A DNA stretch of 32,949 nt from Candidatus Micrarchaeaceae archaeon (GCA_038876335.1 JAVYYS010000001.1:1-32949), one strand, 5' to 3'. Positions 17,230 to 26,395 are shown, counted from the first letter of the stretch. Notes: generated by a model from the letters alone, not told the origin. Numbers and translations: made by a program.

Positions 17230-17976
17230 TCATGCGTACATCGATGGGCTTGTATTGCTTACTACTTTCTTGTAGCTGTCATGCGTATCTTTGCCCTTTT
17301 TCATAAGTTCGCGCACTTTCGCCTCTACCTCTTTTGCCTCTTCCTCCAGCTCGCTTACGTCTATATTAAGCTTCATAATCTTGTTGAACGCCTTTATTGC
17401 GTATTCTGCATATTTGGGGTCTATTATCTCACCCTCTACAGGAACTAGTATGTCAAGGTCGTCGATTTCATCAAGCACTGCGCTGCTTATCAATAGTGCG
17501 CTGACCCCTATAGAGACTCCGTCACTTATCGCAACTAGGCCTGCGTCTTTTGCAAGTTTTTGCATAGCCTGTGTCGACGTGATGGAAAACAAGGTCTTTT
17601 GGGGCGAAGTTTGTGGTATGCCTCCAATAGAAATGATTTTCGATATACCTCTCTCTTTTATGAATTTGTATATCGCAGTAGTGGTTTCATAAATTAGATT
17701 TACAGGTATAGCAAATTCTGCAAACACCGTGCAAATCTTGTATTTGTCGCTATAATATACCCTCACAGGCTTCATCGGCATGCTATTGTGTACAGAAACA
17801 AGCGGAGGAAAATCATCGCTCTCTAAGTAGCCTACATACGACATGCCTAGTTTGTCTATAATGTAGCTTACAGCCATAGGCCCAACAAGACCCGTACCAG
17901 GGAAACCTTCTACAAAAGTGAAGCCTTTCAAATTAACCTCTTCTAGCATTCTTATCTCTATCATCCAATCACACAT
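17230..17976 (-). CDS. PAC2-family proteasome assembly chaperone (PbaA/PbaB-like)
   Basis: N-terminal FVEGFPGTGLVGPMAVSYIIDKL is the PAC2 signature. The C-terminal helical region ends in ...SMYA, an HbYX-type tripeptide. An alternative ATG is at 17964. Confidence 0.7.
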   Translation of the reverse strand: MCDWMIEIRMLEEVNLKGFTFVEGFPGTGLVGPMAVSYIIDKLGMSYVGYLESDDFPPLVSVHNSMPMKPVRVYYSDKYKICTVFAEFAIPVNLIYETTTAIYKFIKERGISKIISIGGIPQTSPQKTLFSITSTQAMQKLAKDAGLVAISDGVSIGVSALLISSAVLDEIDDLDILVPVEGEIIDPKYAEYAIKAFNKIMKLNIDVSELEEEAKEVEAKVRELMKKGKDTHDSYKKVVSNTSPSMYA

Positions 17977-18242
17977 TTTTCTTGCGAATAAGAATTAATA
18001 ATAGTTTTGCTTTTTGTGCCATTGAAGTGTCAGCGTTTCGTTTTCCTTGGCTGTGTAATCAACTTGGCGGGAAGAGGGCCGACTACTTAGAAAGGAAATA
18101 AAAGCACGTTGCCATTGAAGCGAGAAGCTCCAAAATTGCGGATGTGGCGGAAGCCCTCTGCAAGGACGGCGTAGTTCACCCGACGGAGCATCGACGATAG
18201 ATATTTAAATATGATGTGTGTGTATCTCTATTGGTGAAAGTC

Positions 18243-18467
18243 ATGGCAGAAAGAATCGGAAAGGAGAGAATAGAGAAAGAGGATGGATATCTCTATTTCA
18301 TAGGAAAGGACGGATATGCGTGGAGGACGCCAATGAAGACAAACACGCGCGGCAGGAAGTCAAAGGTCGGCTCTGAGAAAATTGAAAGGCAGCCGGGCTA
18401 CCTGTACTTCGTGGACAAAAGCGGATACATCGCGCGGGCAAAGATGAACAGAAGGGGTAGAAGATAA
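18243..18467 (+). CDS. Small basic protein (74 aa) built from two copies of an E-x-I-E-x-x-x-GYLYF-x-x-K-x-GY-x-x-R motif
   Basis: The ATG is preceded by GGTGA (SD-like) 5 nt upstream and by ATATTTAAATA about 35 nt upstream. The internal repeat is ERIEKEDGYLYFIGKDGYAWRTPM / EKIERQPGYLYFVDKSGYIARAKM. A strong oligo-T tract follows. Confidence 0.5.
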   Translation: MAERIGKERIEKEDGYLYFIGKDGYAWRTPMKTNTRGRKSKVGSEKIERQPGYLYFVDKSGYIARAKMNRRGRR

Positions 18468-18477
18468 TCCTTCTAAA

Positions 18478-18503
18478 TTTTATTTTTATTTTTTATTTTT
18501 CTT
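18478..18503 (+). terminator. Oligo-T tract (TTTTATTTTTATTTTTTATTTTTCTT), likely an archaeal intrinsic terminator
   Basis: Begins 11 nt after the stop codon of the 74-aa gene. Archaeal RNAP terminates at T runs. Confidence 0.5.
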
Positions 18504-18571
18504 GGTAGCTGATTAGTTCTTTATTTCAGCAATTTCACAAGTTAGCCGGGCCTGCGTATGTCAATACTGCG

Positions 18572-18958
18572 CTAGTTTAGCCTATCTATGCGTACTGTTT
18601 TGCCTTTGCAAAGCTTTGAACTTTTGACAAATCCAGAATTTGCTTCTATTATGTATCTCGCTTTGCGGCATGGTTTGTAAACTTTGCAGTCGAAAAAACC
18701 CTTGCATGGCGCGGCATCCTCCACATAGTCAACAACCTTTCCCGAGGAATCAAGCCACACTATGTCTATTGGGAAAAGCATGTTCCTCATCCAGATCCCG
18801 TAGTAACCGTCTCTGCCGAATTCGAAAAGCATACCATCTTTCCTTCCAAGCCTTTTTCTATACATTAATCCTATTGCCTTCTTTACAAAAGAATCAGCGA
18901 CAACAACATCAAGGACCGTCTTCCCGCAAACCACTTTTTTCTTTCTATACTTCTGCAT
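18572..18958 (-). CDS. DUF192-family protein
   Basis: The pattern ...AIGLMYRKRLGRKDGMLFEF...IWMRNMLFPIDIVWLDSSGKVV...ARYIIEANSGF matches the DUF192/COG1430 consensus. The ATG at 18958 is preferred over the track TTG at 18985. Confidence 0.7.
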   Translation of the reverse strand: MQKYRKKKVVCGKTVLDVVVADSFVKKAIGLMYRKRLGRKDGMLFEFGRDGYYGIWMRNMLFPIDIVWLDSSGKVVDYVEDAAPCKGFFDCKVYKPCRKARYIIEANSGFVKSSKLCKGKTVRIDRLN

Positions 18959-19044
18959 CTTGTATAGCGCTTTTAGTATGCACAATTGTTCTCACCATCC
19001 GCTCAAAAATCAACTTCGGAGCGGTATAGTATAAAGCCGCTATT

Positions 19045-20676
19045 TCATGCTGTTGTAGTAGTTGAGACGCTCTGCTCCCTTAGAAATTGTTGCAGGTAGA
19101 ATCTGCTTCCTGTGCCTTTGCCTGTAAGCCCGCTACCCTTCCAGCCCACAAACGTATGCAGCCCCACTATCGCGCCGGTAGTCGCGCTTATGCTTCTGTT
19201 AATATAGACGACCCCTGCTTCTATCTTGCCGGAGAACTCCTTTATCTCCTTATTGTTTTTGCTGTAAAGCCCTGCAGTAAGCCCATACTCAACGTCATTA
19301 GCCTTGTTCAACGCCTCATCGAAGCTCTTATAGCCATCAATAACCAATATGGGCACAAATAGCTCCTTGTGGAATAGCTCATGGTCATGGCTAAGCTCCG
19401 CTATCACAGGCTCTACATAGTAGCCGCTAAGGCCCGTCTGCACTGCGTTGCCCCCATAGAGCAACCTGCCTGCAGCCTTTATCTTTTCCACAGACTCTAA
19501 GTACCTCTTGTATGCGCTCTCGCTTATTAGCGGCCCCATGTAGTTCTCCTTGCTGATAGGATTGCCTATCTTGAAAGAGCGCACTTTATCTATAAGCTTG
19601 CTTATAAAAAGCTCTTTTACAGAATCATGCACATAGACTCTTGAGAGTGCGCTGCATTTCTGCCCGGCAAACCCAAAAGCGGCGCTCGCAACCCCATTCA
19701 CTGCAGCTTCTAGATCAGCATATTTCGAAACTATGGTGGGGTTCTTTCCTCCCATCTCTACAACAAATACCTTCTGCATACCTGCGCTGTACACCTTTGA
19801 CAGCATTCTTAACCCTGTTTCTCTTGAGCCTGTAAACACTATCCCACTGACGTCCTTATTCGTTACAAGTTCATCCCCAACCTCTGAGCCAGGGCCGGTA
19901 ATGTAATTGAACACCCCGGCAGGCAGCCCCGCTTCCCTAAACAGTTTGTAAAGTGTGTAACCTGTAAGCATTGTCATATTATCTGAAGATGAAGGTTTGA
20001 ACACTACAGTATTGCCAGTTATCATTGCGCCTACACTCATACCAGTAGAAATAGAAACTGGAAAGTTGAATGGGGCTATGACACCGAATACACCGTAGGG
20101 CTTCATGCTTATTACCACTTTCTCTGCGTTTGAGGGTGCGCCCTGGAAGCCAAGGCCAGACTTTACCTTGCTCTCATCAAGTGTAGTTTTCCTCAAATAA
20201 CCTTTGTTAACCTCTAACTCCTCGGCGTAGTATCTCATGAAGTCTATAGCCTCATCGACTTCGCCTATTGATTCGTATCGCGATTTTGCATTTTCATAGC
20301 TCAGAATGGCAGCAATGTTGAATTTTTCCCTTGCAAACAGGTCAGCCGCTTTCCTAAATATCTCTGCTCTCTTCCTATAATCAGTCGTGCTCCACGATGC
20401 GAACGCTGCCTTTGCGGCGGCAATCGCCTGCTTTGCATGGTCCCTTGTTCCTTTTTGGAAATAGCCCATAACGATTGAGGAGTCTATAGGGGATTTCTCT
20501 GTAAGCATTTCTTGTGCATAAACTGCTTCGTCCCCTATCATCATAGGGTGTTTCTCTCCAAAACTCATTTTTGCGCGCTCTGCGGCCTCGTCAAAAAGCG
20601 CATCGAATTCGTTTTCTTTTCCGTTCTCCAAAAATGTTTTGTAAGTGAATTCATTCTTAAAAGCTCTTTTGGGCAT
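19045..20676 (-). CDS. Aldehyde dehydrogenase, 1-pyrroline-5-carboxylate dehydrogenase-like
   Basis: ALDH catalytic motifs VVEMGGKNP (Glu) and FGFAGQKCSALSRVYV (Cys). The N-terminus FKNEFTYKTF resembles RocA/PutC-type P5CDH. The ATG at 20676 is preceded by GGGGTGA (SD). The 55 upstream codons of the track ORF look non-coding. Confidence 0.8.
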   Translation of the reverse strand: MPKRAFKNEFTYKTFLENGKENEFDALFDEAAERAKMSFGEKHPMMIGDEAVYAQEMLTEKSPIDSSIVMGYFQKGTRDHAKQAIAAAKAAFASWSTTDYRKRAEIFRKAADLFAREKFNIAAILSYENAKSRYESIGEVDEAIDFMRYYAEELEVNKGYLRKTTLDESKVKSGLGFQGAPSNAEKVVISMKPYGVFGVIAPFNFPVSISTGMSVGAMITGNTVVFKPSSSDNMTMLTGYTLYKLFREAGLPAGVFNYITGPGSEVGDELVTNKDVSGIVFTGSRETGLRMLSKVYSAGMQKVFVVEMGGKNPTIVSKYADLEAAVNGVASAAFGFAGQKCSALSRVYVHDSVKELFISKLIDKVRSFKIGNPISKENYMGPLISESAYKRYLESVEKIKAAGRLLYGGNAVQTGLSGYYVEPVIAELSHDHELFHKELFVPILVIDGYKSFDEALNKANDVEYGLTAGLYSKNNKEIKEFSGKIEAGVVYINRSISATTGAIVGLHTFVGWKGSGLTGKGTGSRFYLQQFLREQSVSTTTTA

Positions 20677-20884
20677 AAAATCACCCCTTGTATATATCCT
20701 ATGCATTTGTCTCTGTACTAGCACTGTAGACCCACACACGGCGCTAGCCATTCTTAGGAAATGCGGCACATCCTCTAAACAATCAAAGAAATAAAAACCT
20801 ATCGCGCGTATTCCTCCACTCCATGTAAAAACCACGCGCAAAAAGTGTATATGAAGTCAGTTTATGCTGCATAAATCTTAAATA

Positions 20885-20934
20885 CCTATATATAGTCTTG
20901 GTAGATTGTTCAGATTATCAGATTATCTGATTAC
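20885..20934 (+). promoter_or_regulatory. suf promoter (TATA CCTATATATAG) with an operator-like repeat and palindrome overlapping the predicted transcription start
   Basis: TATA at 20885-20895. Four spaced (A/T)GATT repeats lie at 20903-20932, including CAGATTAT x2. The 6-1-6 palindrome TCAGAT-T-ATCTGA is at 20918-20930, about 25-40 nt downstream of the TATA. Confidence 0.45.
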
Positions 20935-20975
20935 TCAAACAGGCTTTGGCTTTCAAGTAAAAATGCCAAAAACCT

Positions 20976-22412
20976 ATGAAAAAAATGGTCGAAATGCAAA
21001 CTTCAGAAACAGGAGAGGTGGTGCAAAAGACCACCGATTACCTGAAAATGTATGGCTTCAGTGACAACATAGACTATAGGTACACCACTGAAAAGGGCCT
21101 CTCAGAGAAGATTGTGCGCGAGATATCCAAGATAAAGCAGGAGCCGGAATGGATGCTGGAAAAAAGGCTAAATGCTTACAAGGTGTTTCTTTCAAAGCCG
21201 ATTCCGAAATGGGGCCCAAACCTGGAAGGTGTGGATTTCGAAGATACCTATTACTACAGAAAGCCCACTGAAAAGAAGGAAGGCAGCTGGGAGAATGTGC
21301 CAGAAGAGATAAAAAAGACTTTTGATAAGCTAGGCGTGCCTGAGGCGGAAAGGAAATTTTTTGCAGGAGAAGAGGCGCAGTACGATTCTGAAGTTGTCTA
21401 CGGCAGCATAAGAAAGGATCTTGAAGCCCAAGGGGTTATATATGTAGATACCGATACCGCTGTTAAGAAGTACCCTGAACTTGTTAAGAAATATTTTGGT
21501 ATGTTAGTTCCTCCGACAGACAATAAATTCGCCGCCCTCAACACTGCTGTATGGAGCGGAGGGTCGTTCATATACGTACCCAAGGGAGTAAAGTTAGCGA
21601 TGCCCCTGCATGCTTACTTCAGAATAAACTCCGAAAAGATGGGCCAATTTGAGCGGACTCTGATAATCGCCGATGAAGGGGCCGATGTAACCTATGTTGA
21701 GGGATGCACAGCACCGATCTACAGAAGTTCTTCGCTTCATGCCGCTGTTGTAGAGATTGTTGCGCATAAAAACGCGCATGTGAGATATGTCACTATACAG
21801 AATTGGTCAAAGAACATATACAATCTGGTTACGCAACGTGCTTTTGCATATGAGAATGCGTATGTAGAATGGATTGATGCAAATATAGGAAGCAAAATAA
21901 ATATGAAATACCCAAGCGTGTTCCTAAAAGAACCGGGTGCTAGGGGGGAAATACTTTCCATAGCTGTGGCGGGGGACGGGCAAATACAAGATAGTGGCGG
22001 AAAGGTTTACCATCTTGCTCCAAACACAACCTCAAAAATAATATCAAAAAGTGTTTCGAAAGGCACGGGGCTTACAACATACCGTGGTTTGGTCCACATA
22101 GACGAAAGAGCGAAAAGTTCAAAATCAACAGTACGGTGCGATACGCTCCTTCTTGATGATGAAGCGAAAGCCGACACCTTTCCATACAATGAAATTTACG
22201 CCAGCGACGCCACAGTAAGCCACGAAGCAAGGTTTGGAAAGGTCGGCGACGAAGAGCTATTTTATCTAATGTCTAGAGGCCTAAGCGAGGAAGAGGCGGT
22301 TACTCTTATTGTTCTCGGATTCATAGAGCCCCTAGTCAAAGTTCTGCCGCTGGAGTATTCCCTGGAATTGAAAAGGTTAATAAAGCTGGATACTGCAAAT
22401 TCCGTGGGCTAA
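20976..22412 (+). CDS. sufB: Fe-S cluster assembly scaffold SufB
   Basis: 478 aa with typical SufB blocks (...[33 protein letters not shown]..., ...[16 protein letters not shown]..., C-terminal ...[14 protein letters not shown]...). Confidence 0.95.
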   Translation: MKKMVEMQTSETGEVVQKTTDYLKMYGFSDNIDYRYTTEKGLSEKIVREISKIKQEPEWMLEKRLNAYKVFLSKPIPKWGPNLEGVDFEDTYYYRKPTEKKEGSWENVPEEIKKTFDKLGVPEAERKFFAGEEAQYDSEVVYGSIRKDLEAQGVIYVDTDTAVKKYPELVKKYFGMLVPPTDNKFAALNTAVWSGGSFIYVPKGVKLAMPLHAYFRINSEKMGQFERTLIIADEGADVTYVEGCTAPIYRSSSLHAAVVEIVAHKNAHVRYVTIQNWSKNIYNLVTQRAFAYENAYVEWIDANIGSKINMKYPSVFLKEPGARGEILSIAVAGDGQIQDSGGKVYHLAPNTTSKIISKSVSKGTGLTTYRGLVHIDERAKSSKSTVRCDTLLLDDEAKADTFPYNEIYASDATVSHEARFGKVGDEELFYLMSRGLSEEEAVTLIVLGFIEPLVKVLPLEYSLELKRLIKLDTANSVG

Positions 22413-22424
22413 CCACAGTAGACG

Positions 22425-23750
22425 GTGCAAGTTATGGTTTTCAATGAAAATGGGAATGCACTACGTAGTGACAATGACCAGCTTTACAAAAAGTATAGGC
22501 TTTCAATTGAGAAGGAGATGCGCCGCATACTTGCTGGCGAGTACCACATCCATAGTGGCGCTTTAGAGGATTTTGCAGAAGAAGTAGAAAAAAAGCTTAT
22601 GTTGAACTTTGATGCGTTTATAAGCACCGGCAGTCATGTGCTCAGCAACGCATCCGTAAAAATTTCCAAAAAGTCGCGAAGTTCCTCTGCAACGCAACAG
22701 TTCCATAGTGGCGCACTCTCATCTGCAGATTTGGAGTACATCAAGCTAGCTGAAAGCACTAGCCCTGAGCACGTGGGGGTAGAAATAGGAGATGGCGAAA
22801 GCAAGAGCATACAGCTCGCATTCGCAAACTTTCATGCACCGCTTATCTCGAAAATAGACGTGGCAGTGCATAGTGGGGCTTCGCTTAAGTTGCTCGAGTT
22901 TTTCATTTCGAATTCGAACAACAAGCCTTCCGCCGCAATTTCGATGGGCAAGGTTGTTGCAGAAGCTGGTTCAACTGTTGAGATAAATGTCTTGTGCAAT
23001 GAGGATGCAAGCACCCACGCGATGCATTTCACTGAACTATCGCTTGCGCAAGGGGCAAGGGTAAAGCTAAACACCGCATATATTGGCTCAGCGAGCTGCA
23101 TAGCAAGAAATCATGCCTCAATAGTCGGCAGTAGTGCATATTTTGAACTTAACTCTATTCTGCTTGCCTCGGGCAGCCAAAAGTTCGACATCTTCAATTC
23201 ATCCCTGAATTCCGGTAAAGAGAGCGCTTACCTGGGTGATATGCGTGCAGTAGTGTCAGGAGAAAGCACCAGCTTCCTAAAGGACATGAGCAGCATAAGC
23301 CCTAACGCTAATGGGGTGAAAGCATACATAAAGGAGCGTGCAATAATAGTTGGGGAAAGAGCGCGCATTAGCATGCTGCCAGACATGTCTATAAATGAGA
23401 ACAACGTGAAAGCAACGCATTCTGCTGCATCTGCTCCAATAGATGAAGAAAGTTTATTCTATCTCATGTCAAAAGGCATGCCACGAGAACTGGCTGAAAG
23501 CACTGTGCTGGAAGGTTTCCTCTCAGACAGTGTAAGCAGAATAGACGATGCAGCCGCAAAATCGCTGATAATGGCTCACCTCAACGAAAAGATAAAGACT
23601 GGAAGATTCGGAGTGCCGATAGCGAGGAGTTTGGGCGGCGCGTGGCTAACCCAACATAACAGCAGCATGCCTGAAATGTTCGAAGGTGGCGCGAAAAGCT
23701 ACAACAGCCTGCAGCACGAAGATGGCGGCGAAGCATTTTTGAAAACGTAG
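22425..23750 (+). CDS. sufD: Fe-S cluster assembly protein SufD (divergent)
   Basis: A beta-helix-type C-terminal half with ...NENNVKATHSAASAPIDEESLFYLMSKGMPRELAE..., parallel to the SufB/SufD C-terminal motif. It sits between sufB and sufC. The likely start is the ATG at 22434, preceded by GGTG. The track begins at a GTG (22425). Confidence 0.75.
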   Translation: MQVMVFNENGNALRSDNDQLYKKYRLSIEKEMRRILAGEYHIHSGALEDFAEEVEKKLMLNFDAFISTGSHVLSNASVKISKKSRSSSATQQFHSGALSSADLEYIKLAESTSPEHVGVEIGDGESKSIQLAFANFHAPLISKIDVAVHSGASLKLLEFFISNSNNKPSAAISMGKVVAEAGSTVEINVLCNEDASTHAMHFTELSLAQGARVKLNTAYIGSASCIARNHASIVGSSAYFELNSILLASGSQKFDIFNSSLNSGKESAYLGDMRAVVSGESTSFLKDMSSISPNANGVKAYIKERAIIVGERARISMLPDMSINENNVKATHSAASAPIDEESLFYLMSKGMPRELAESTVLEGFLSDSVSRIDDAAAKSLIMAHLNEKIKTGRFGVPIARSLGGAWLTQHNSSMPEMFEGGAKSYNSLQHEDGGEAFLKT

Positions 23751-23805
23751 ACAAAGAAAATGTAAACAACTACTGAAATGTAGATGAAAGCACGAAGGCG
23801 GTTTT

Positions 23806-24534
23806 ATGATACTAGAGCTTAAGGATTTGCATGTAGAAGCGGGAGAGAAAGAGGTGCTCAAGGGTATAAACCTAAAGATTGCCGAGGGCGAGTTCCATGT
23901 GCTGATGGGCCCCAATGGGGCCGGCAAAACTACGATAGCGCGGGCGATCATGGGTTCACCCAAGCTGAAAATAACTAAAGGAGAGATACTAGTGGATGGC
24001 AAATCTATAAACAACCTTAGTGCAGACAAAAGGGCAAAATTGGGGCTTTTCATGCAGTTTCAAAACCCTGTAGAAATAGAGGGGGTGGGATTTGTGAACT
24101 TTGCAAGATCTGCAAAGGAAGAGCTCAGCGGAAGCGTAAACATGAAAGAATTCATGGATTTGATAAAGAGCTATTCTGAAAAGCTGAAATTCTCCGGAAG
24201 CATAATAGGAAGAAATCTAAACCAAGGTTTTTCAGGCGGGGAGAAGAAAAAGGCTGAAATCATCCAGATGGCGCTGCTGAGGCCTAAGATCTCAGTGCTT
24301 GATGAACCTGATTCAGGGCTTGATGTAGACTCACTCAAAGATGTAGCCGAAGTTATAAACGACTTATACGAGAAGGAGAAGATGGGCTTGCTTCTGATAA
24401 CCCATTACAGCCGGATACTCTCGTACATGCGGCCGAAGTTCGTCCATGTGCTTAATGAAGGCAAGATAATTGCAACTGGTGGAATTGAAGTGATAAGCAA
24501 AATAGAAAAGGAAGGCTACGCCGCGTTCCTGTAG
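23806..24534 (+). CDS. sufC: Fe-S cluster assembly ATPase SufC
   Basis: Walker A GPNGAGKTT, signature FSGGEKKK, Walker B ISVLDEPDSGLD and H-loop ITHY. The N-terminus MILELKDLHV is typical of SufC. Confidence 0.95.
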   Translation: MILELKDLHVEAGEKEVLKGINLKIAEGEFHVLMGPNGAGKTTIARAIMGSPKLKITKGEILVDGKSINNLSADKRAKLGLFMQFQNPVEIEGVGFVNFARSAKEELSGSVNMKEFMDLIKSYSEKLKFSGSIIGRNLNQGFSGGEKKKAEIIQMALLRPKISVLDEPDSGLDVDSLKDVAEVINDLYEKEKMGLLLITHYSRILSYMRPKFVHVLNEGKIIATGGIEVISKIEKEGYAAFL

Positions 24535-24621
24535 GCGCGCAATTCCACTGCGGAAGCACAAACAATCAGAAAAATTCAAAGCCCAAAACCCGTAAATCTG
24601 CAAAACTGTGAAATATCGGAA

Positions 24622-25914
24622 ATGCACTGCGATGTAAAGGATAGAAAAGATTGTATGGATTGTATGGCTGGAAAAATAAGAGTTGAAGAGATAAAAAGAG
24701 ACTTTCCTATATTTAGGATAAAAGTCCATGGAAAGCCTCTCGTGTATCTTGACAGCGCAGCAACTTCGCAGAAACCCAAGCAGGTAATAAGAGCCATAAC
24801 CGATTACTACAACTCGTACAACGCCAATATACACCGCGGCATATACGAAATATCCGAGAAGGCAACAGAACGGTACACACAGTCGAAGGCCAAGGTTGCA
24901 AAGCTAATAAATGCAAGCGCCATGGAAGAGATAGTCTACGTAAGAAACACTACCGAGGCCATAAATCTTGTCGCGCTTGCGTGGGCGGAACAGAATATGA
25001 AGAAAGGCGATGCGGTATTAGTAACTGAAATGGAGCATCACAGCAATATAGTGCCGTGGCAGCTTCTTTCAAGGAGAAAAGGAATAGTGCTGAAGTATGC
25101 GAAACTCAACGCATCAAAGGATGCTCTAGATATAGAGGATTTCAAGGAGAAACTCGAAGCATACAATCCAAAGCTCGTCTCTGTAACCCATGCGTCGAAC
25201 GTGCTAGGTACAATAAATGATGTAAAACTTCTTACGAAGCTCTCCCATAAAGCGGGCGCAAAGGTGCTGGTTGACGGGGCGCAGTCAACGCCGCACATGC
25301 CGGTCGACGTTTCGGAAATAGACTGCGATTTCTTTGCGTTTTCGGGGCATAAGATGCTTGCTCCAACGGGCATAGGCGCGCTATACGCAAAACGTGAAAT
25401 ACTTGAAGCTACTGAACCGATGTTTGGAGGAGACATGATAAAGGACGTAAAGCTGCAATCGGCTACATGGAACGACCTGCCGTGGAAGTTTGAGGCCGGG
25501 ACAGCCAACATAGAAGGCGGAATAGGTTTCGGGGCGGCGGTCGATTACCTTGAAAATATAGGCATGCGAAACGTAAGGGAGCACGAAAAGAGGCTTACAA
25601 AGTACACCCTAAATGCGCTTTCGGATGTAAAAGGGGTAAAGGTTTATGGTCCAGAAGTAAAGGATCTGGAGCAGCGTGGAGGCGTAATTTCATTTTCAGT
25701 CAAGGGCATACATCCGCATGATATCGCCAGTGTATTCGACCGTGAGGGAATTGCGATCCGTGCAGGGCATCATTGCGCCATTCCTCTTGTAAGGGGAGTG
25801 CTTGGGGAACCTGCGCTTGCAAGAATAAGTTTTTACATCTATAACAGTGAAAAAGATGTAGACAAAGCAATCGCAGCAATCCGCAAGGCGCAAAAAATAT
25901 TCAATGTTTTGTAG
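24622..25914 (+). CDS. sufS: Cysteine desulfurase SufS (class V aminotransferase, group II)
   Basis: IKRDFPIF...GKPLVYLDSAATSQKP, PLP-lysine context FSGHKMLAPTGIGALY, and active-site Cys loop RAGHHCAIP. A more typical start is the ATG at 24664 (MAGKIRVEEIKRDFPIF). Confidence 0.9.
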   Translation: MHCDVKDRKDCMDCMAGKIRVEEIKRDFPIFRIKVHGKPLVYLDSAATSQKPKQVIRAITDYYNSYNANIHRGIYEISEKATERYTQSKAKVAKLINASAMEEIVYVRNTTEAINLVALAWAEQNMKKGDAVLVTEMEHHSNIVPWQLLSRRKGIVLKYAKLNASKDALDIEDFKEKLEAYNPKLVSVTHASNVLGTINDVKLLTKLSHKAGAKVLVDGAQSTPHMPVDVSEIDCDFFAFSGHKMLAPTGIGALYAKREILEATEPMFGGDMIKDVKLQSATWNDLPWKFEAGTANIEGGIGFGAAVDYLENIGMRNVREHEKRLTKYTLNALSDVKGVKVYGPEVKDLEQRGGVISFSVKGIHPHDIASVFDREGIAIRAGHHCAIPLVRGVLGEPALARISFYIYNSEKDVDKAIAAIRKAQKIFNVL

Positions 25915-25935
25915 AGAATACACTCAATGTGACCG

Positions 25936-26355
25936 ATGTGTTGTGATTTCATGACCGATAATCTTTTTGCCGAACAGATAATATCAAACTATGAGCATCC
26001 CCACAATAAGGGCAGGATTGAAAACCCATCAGTTAAGCACCACGAGTTCAATCCTACATGCGGAGACGAGCTCACCCTCTACCTTAAAATCAATGACGGA
26101 AAGGTCAGCGATGTCAAATTTGAAGGTAGCGGATGTGCAATAAGCATGGCTAGCGCAAGCATGCTCACAGATTTTGTGAAAGGCAAGACTTTAGGGGAAA
26201 TAGAGAAGATGGGGGTAAAAGATATAATCGACCTAATAGGTTTAGATCCCGGACCTGCAAGGCTGAAGTGCGCTACTCTTTCTCTGCGCACGCTTAAAGA
26301 AGCGATATTCATAAGCGAGCATAAAAAAGTAGACAGCGAAACTAAAAAATTATAA
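25936..26355 (+). CDS. sufU: Sulfur acceptor/scaffold SufU (IscU/NifU-N family, SufU type)
   Basis: YEHPHNKG...NPTCGDEL...FEGSGCAISMASASM...RLKCATLSLRTLKEA. Three conserved Cys with SufU-type spacing, immediately downstream of sufS. Confidence 0.85.
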   Translation: MCCDFMTDNLFAEQIISNYEHPHNKGRIENPSVKHHEFNPTCGDELTLYLKINDGKVSDVKFEGSGCAISMASASMLTDFVKGKTLGEIEKMGVKDIIDLIGLDPGPARLKCATLSLRTLKEAIFISEHKKVDSETKKL

Positions 26356-26395
26356 ATCACCTAAACCGTCATGCAGGCCGTGCAGACTGTGCCAA

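Noticed and set aside
18004-18198. A minus-strand reading frame (MLRRVNYAVLAEGFRHIRNF...) that continues in frame across TAA and TGA stops, suggesting a pseudogene or recoding
   Set aside because: The segments are short and match no recognisable family, and two different stop codons interrupt them. I treat the region as candidate non-coding RNA or leader instead.
20677-20841. 55-codon N-terminal extension of the ALDH ORF (598-aa version)
   Set aside because: The extension has no similarity to ALDH N-termini. An ATG with a strong GGGGTGA SD sits at 20676, exactly where P5CDH-like proteins begin (FKNE...). The region is more likely a 5' leader.
24364-24834. 156-aa minus-strand ORF bridging the sufC end and the sufS start
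   Set aside because: It is antisense to two confidently identified suf genes and has no motif support.
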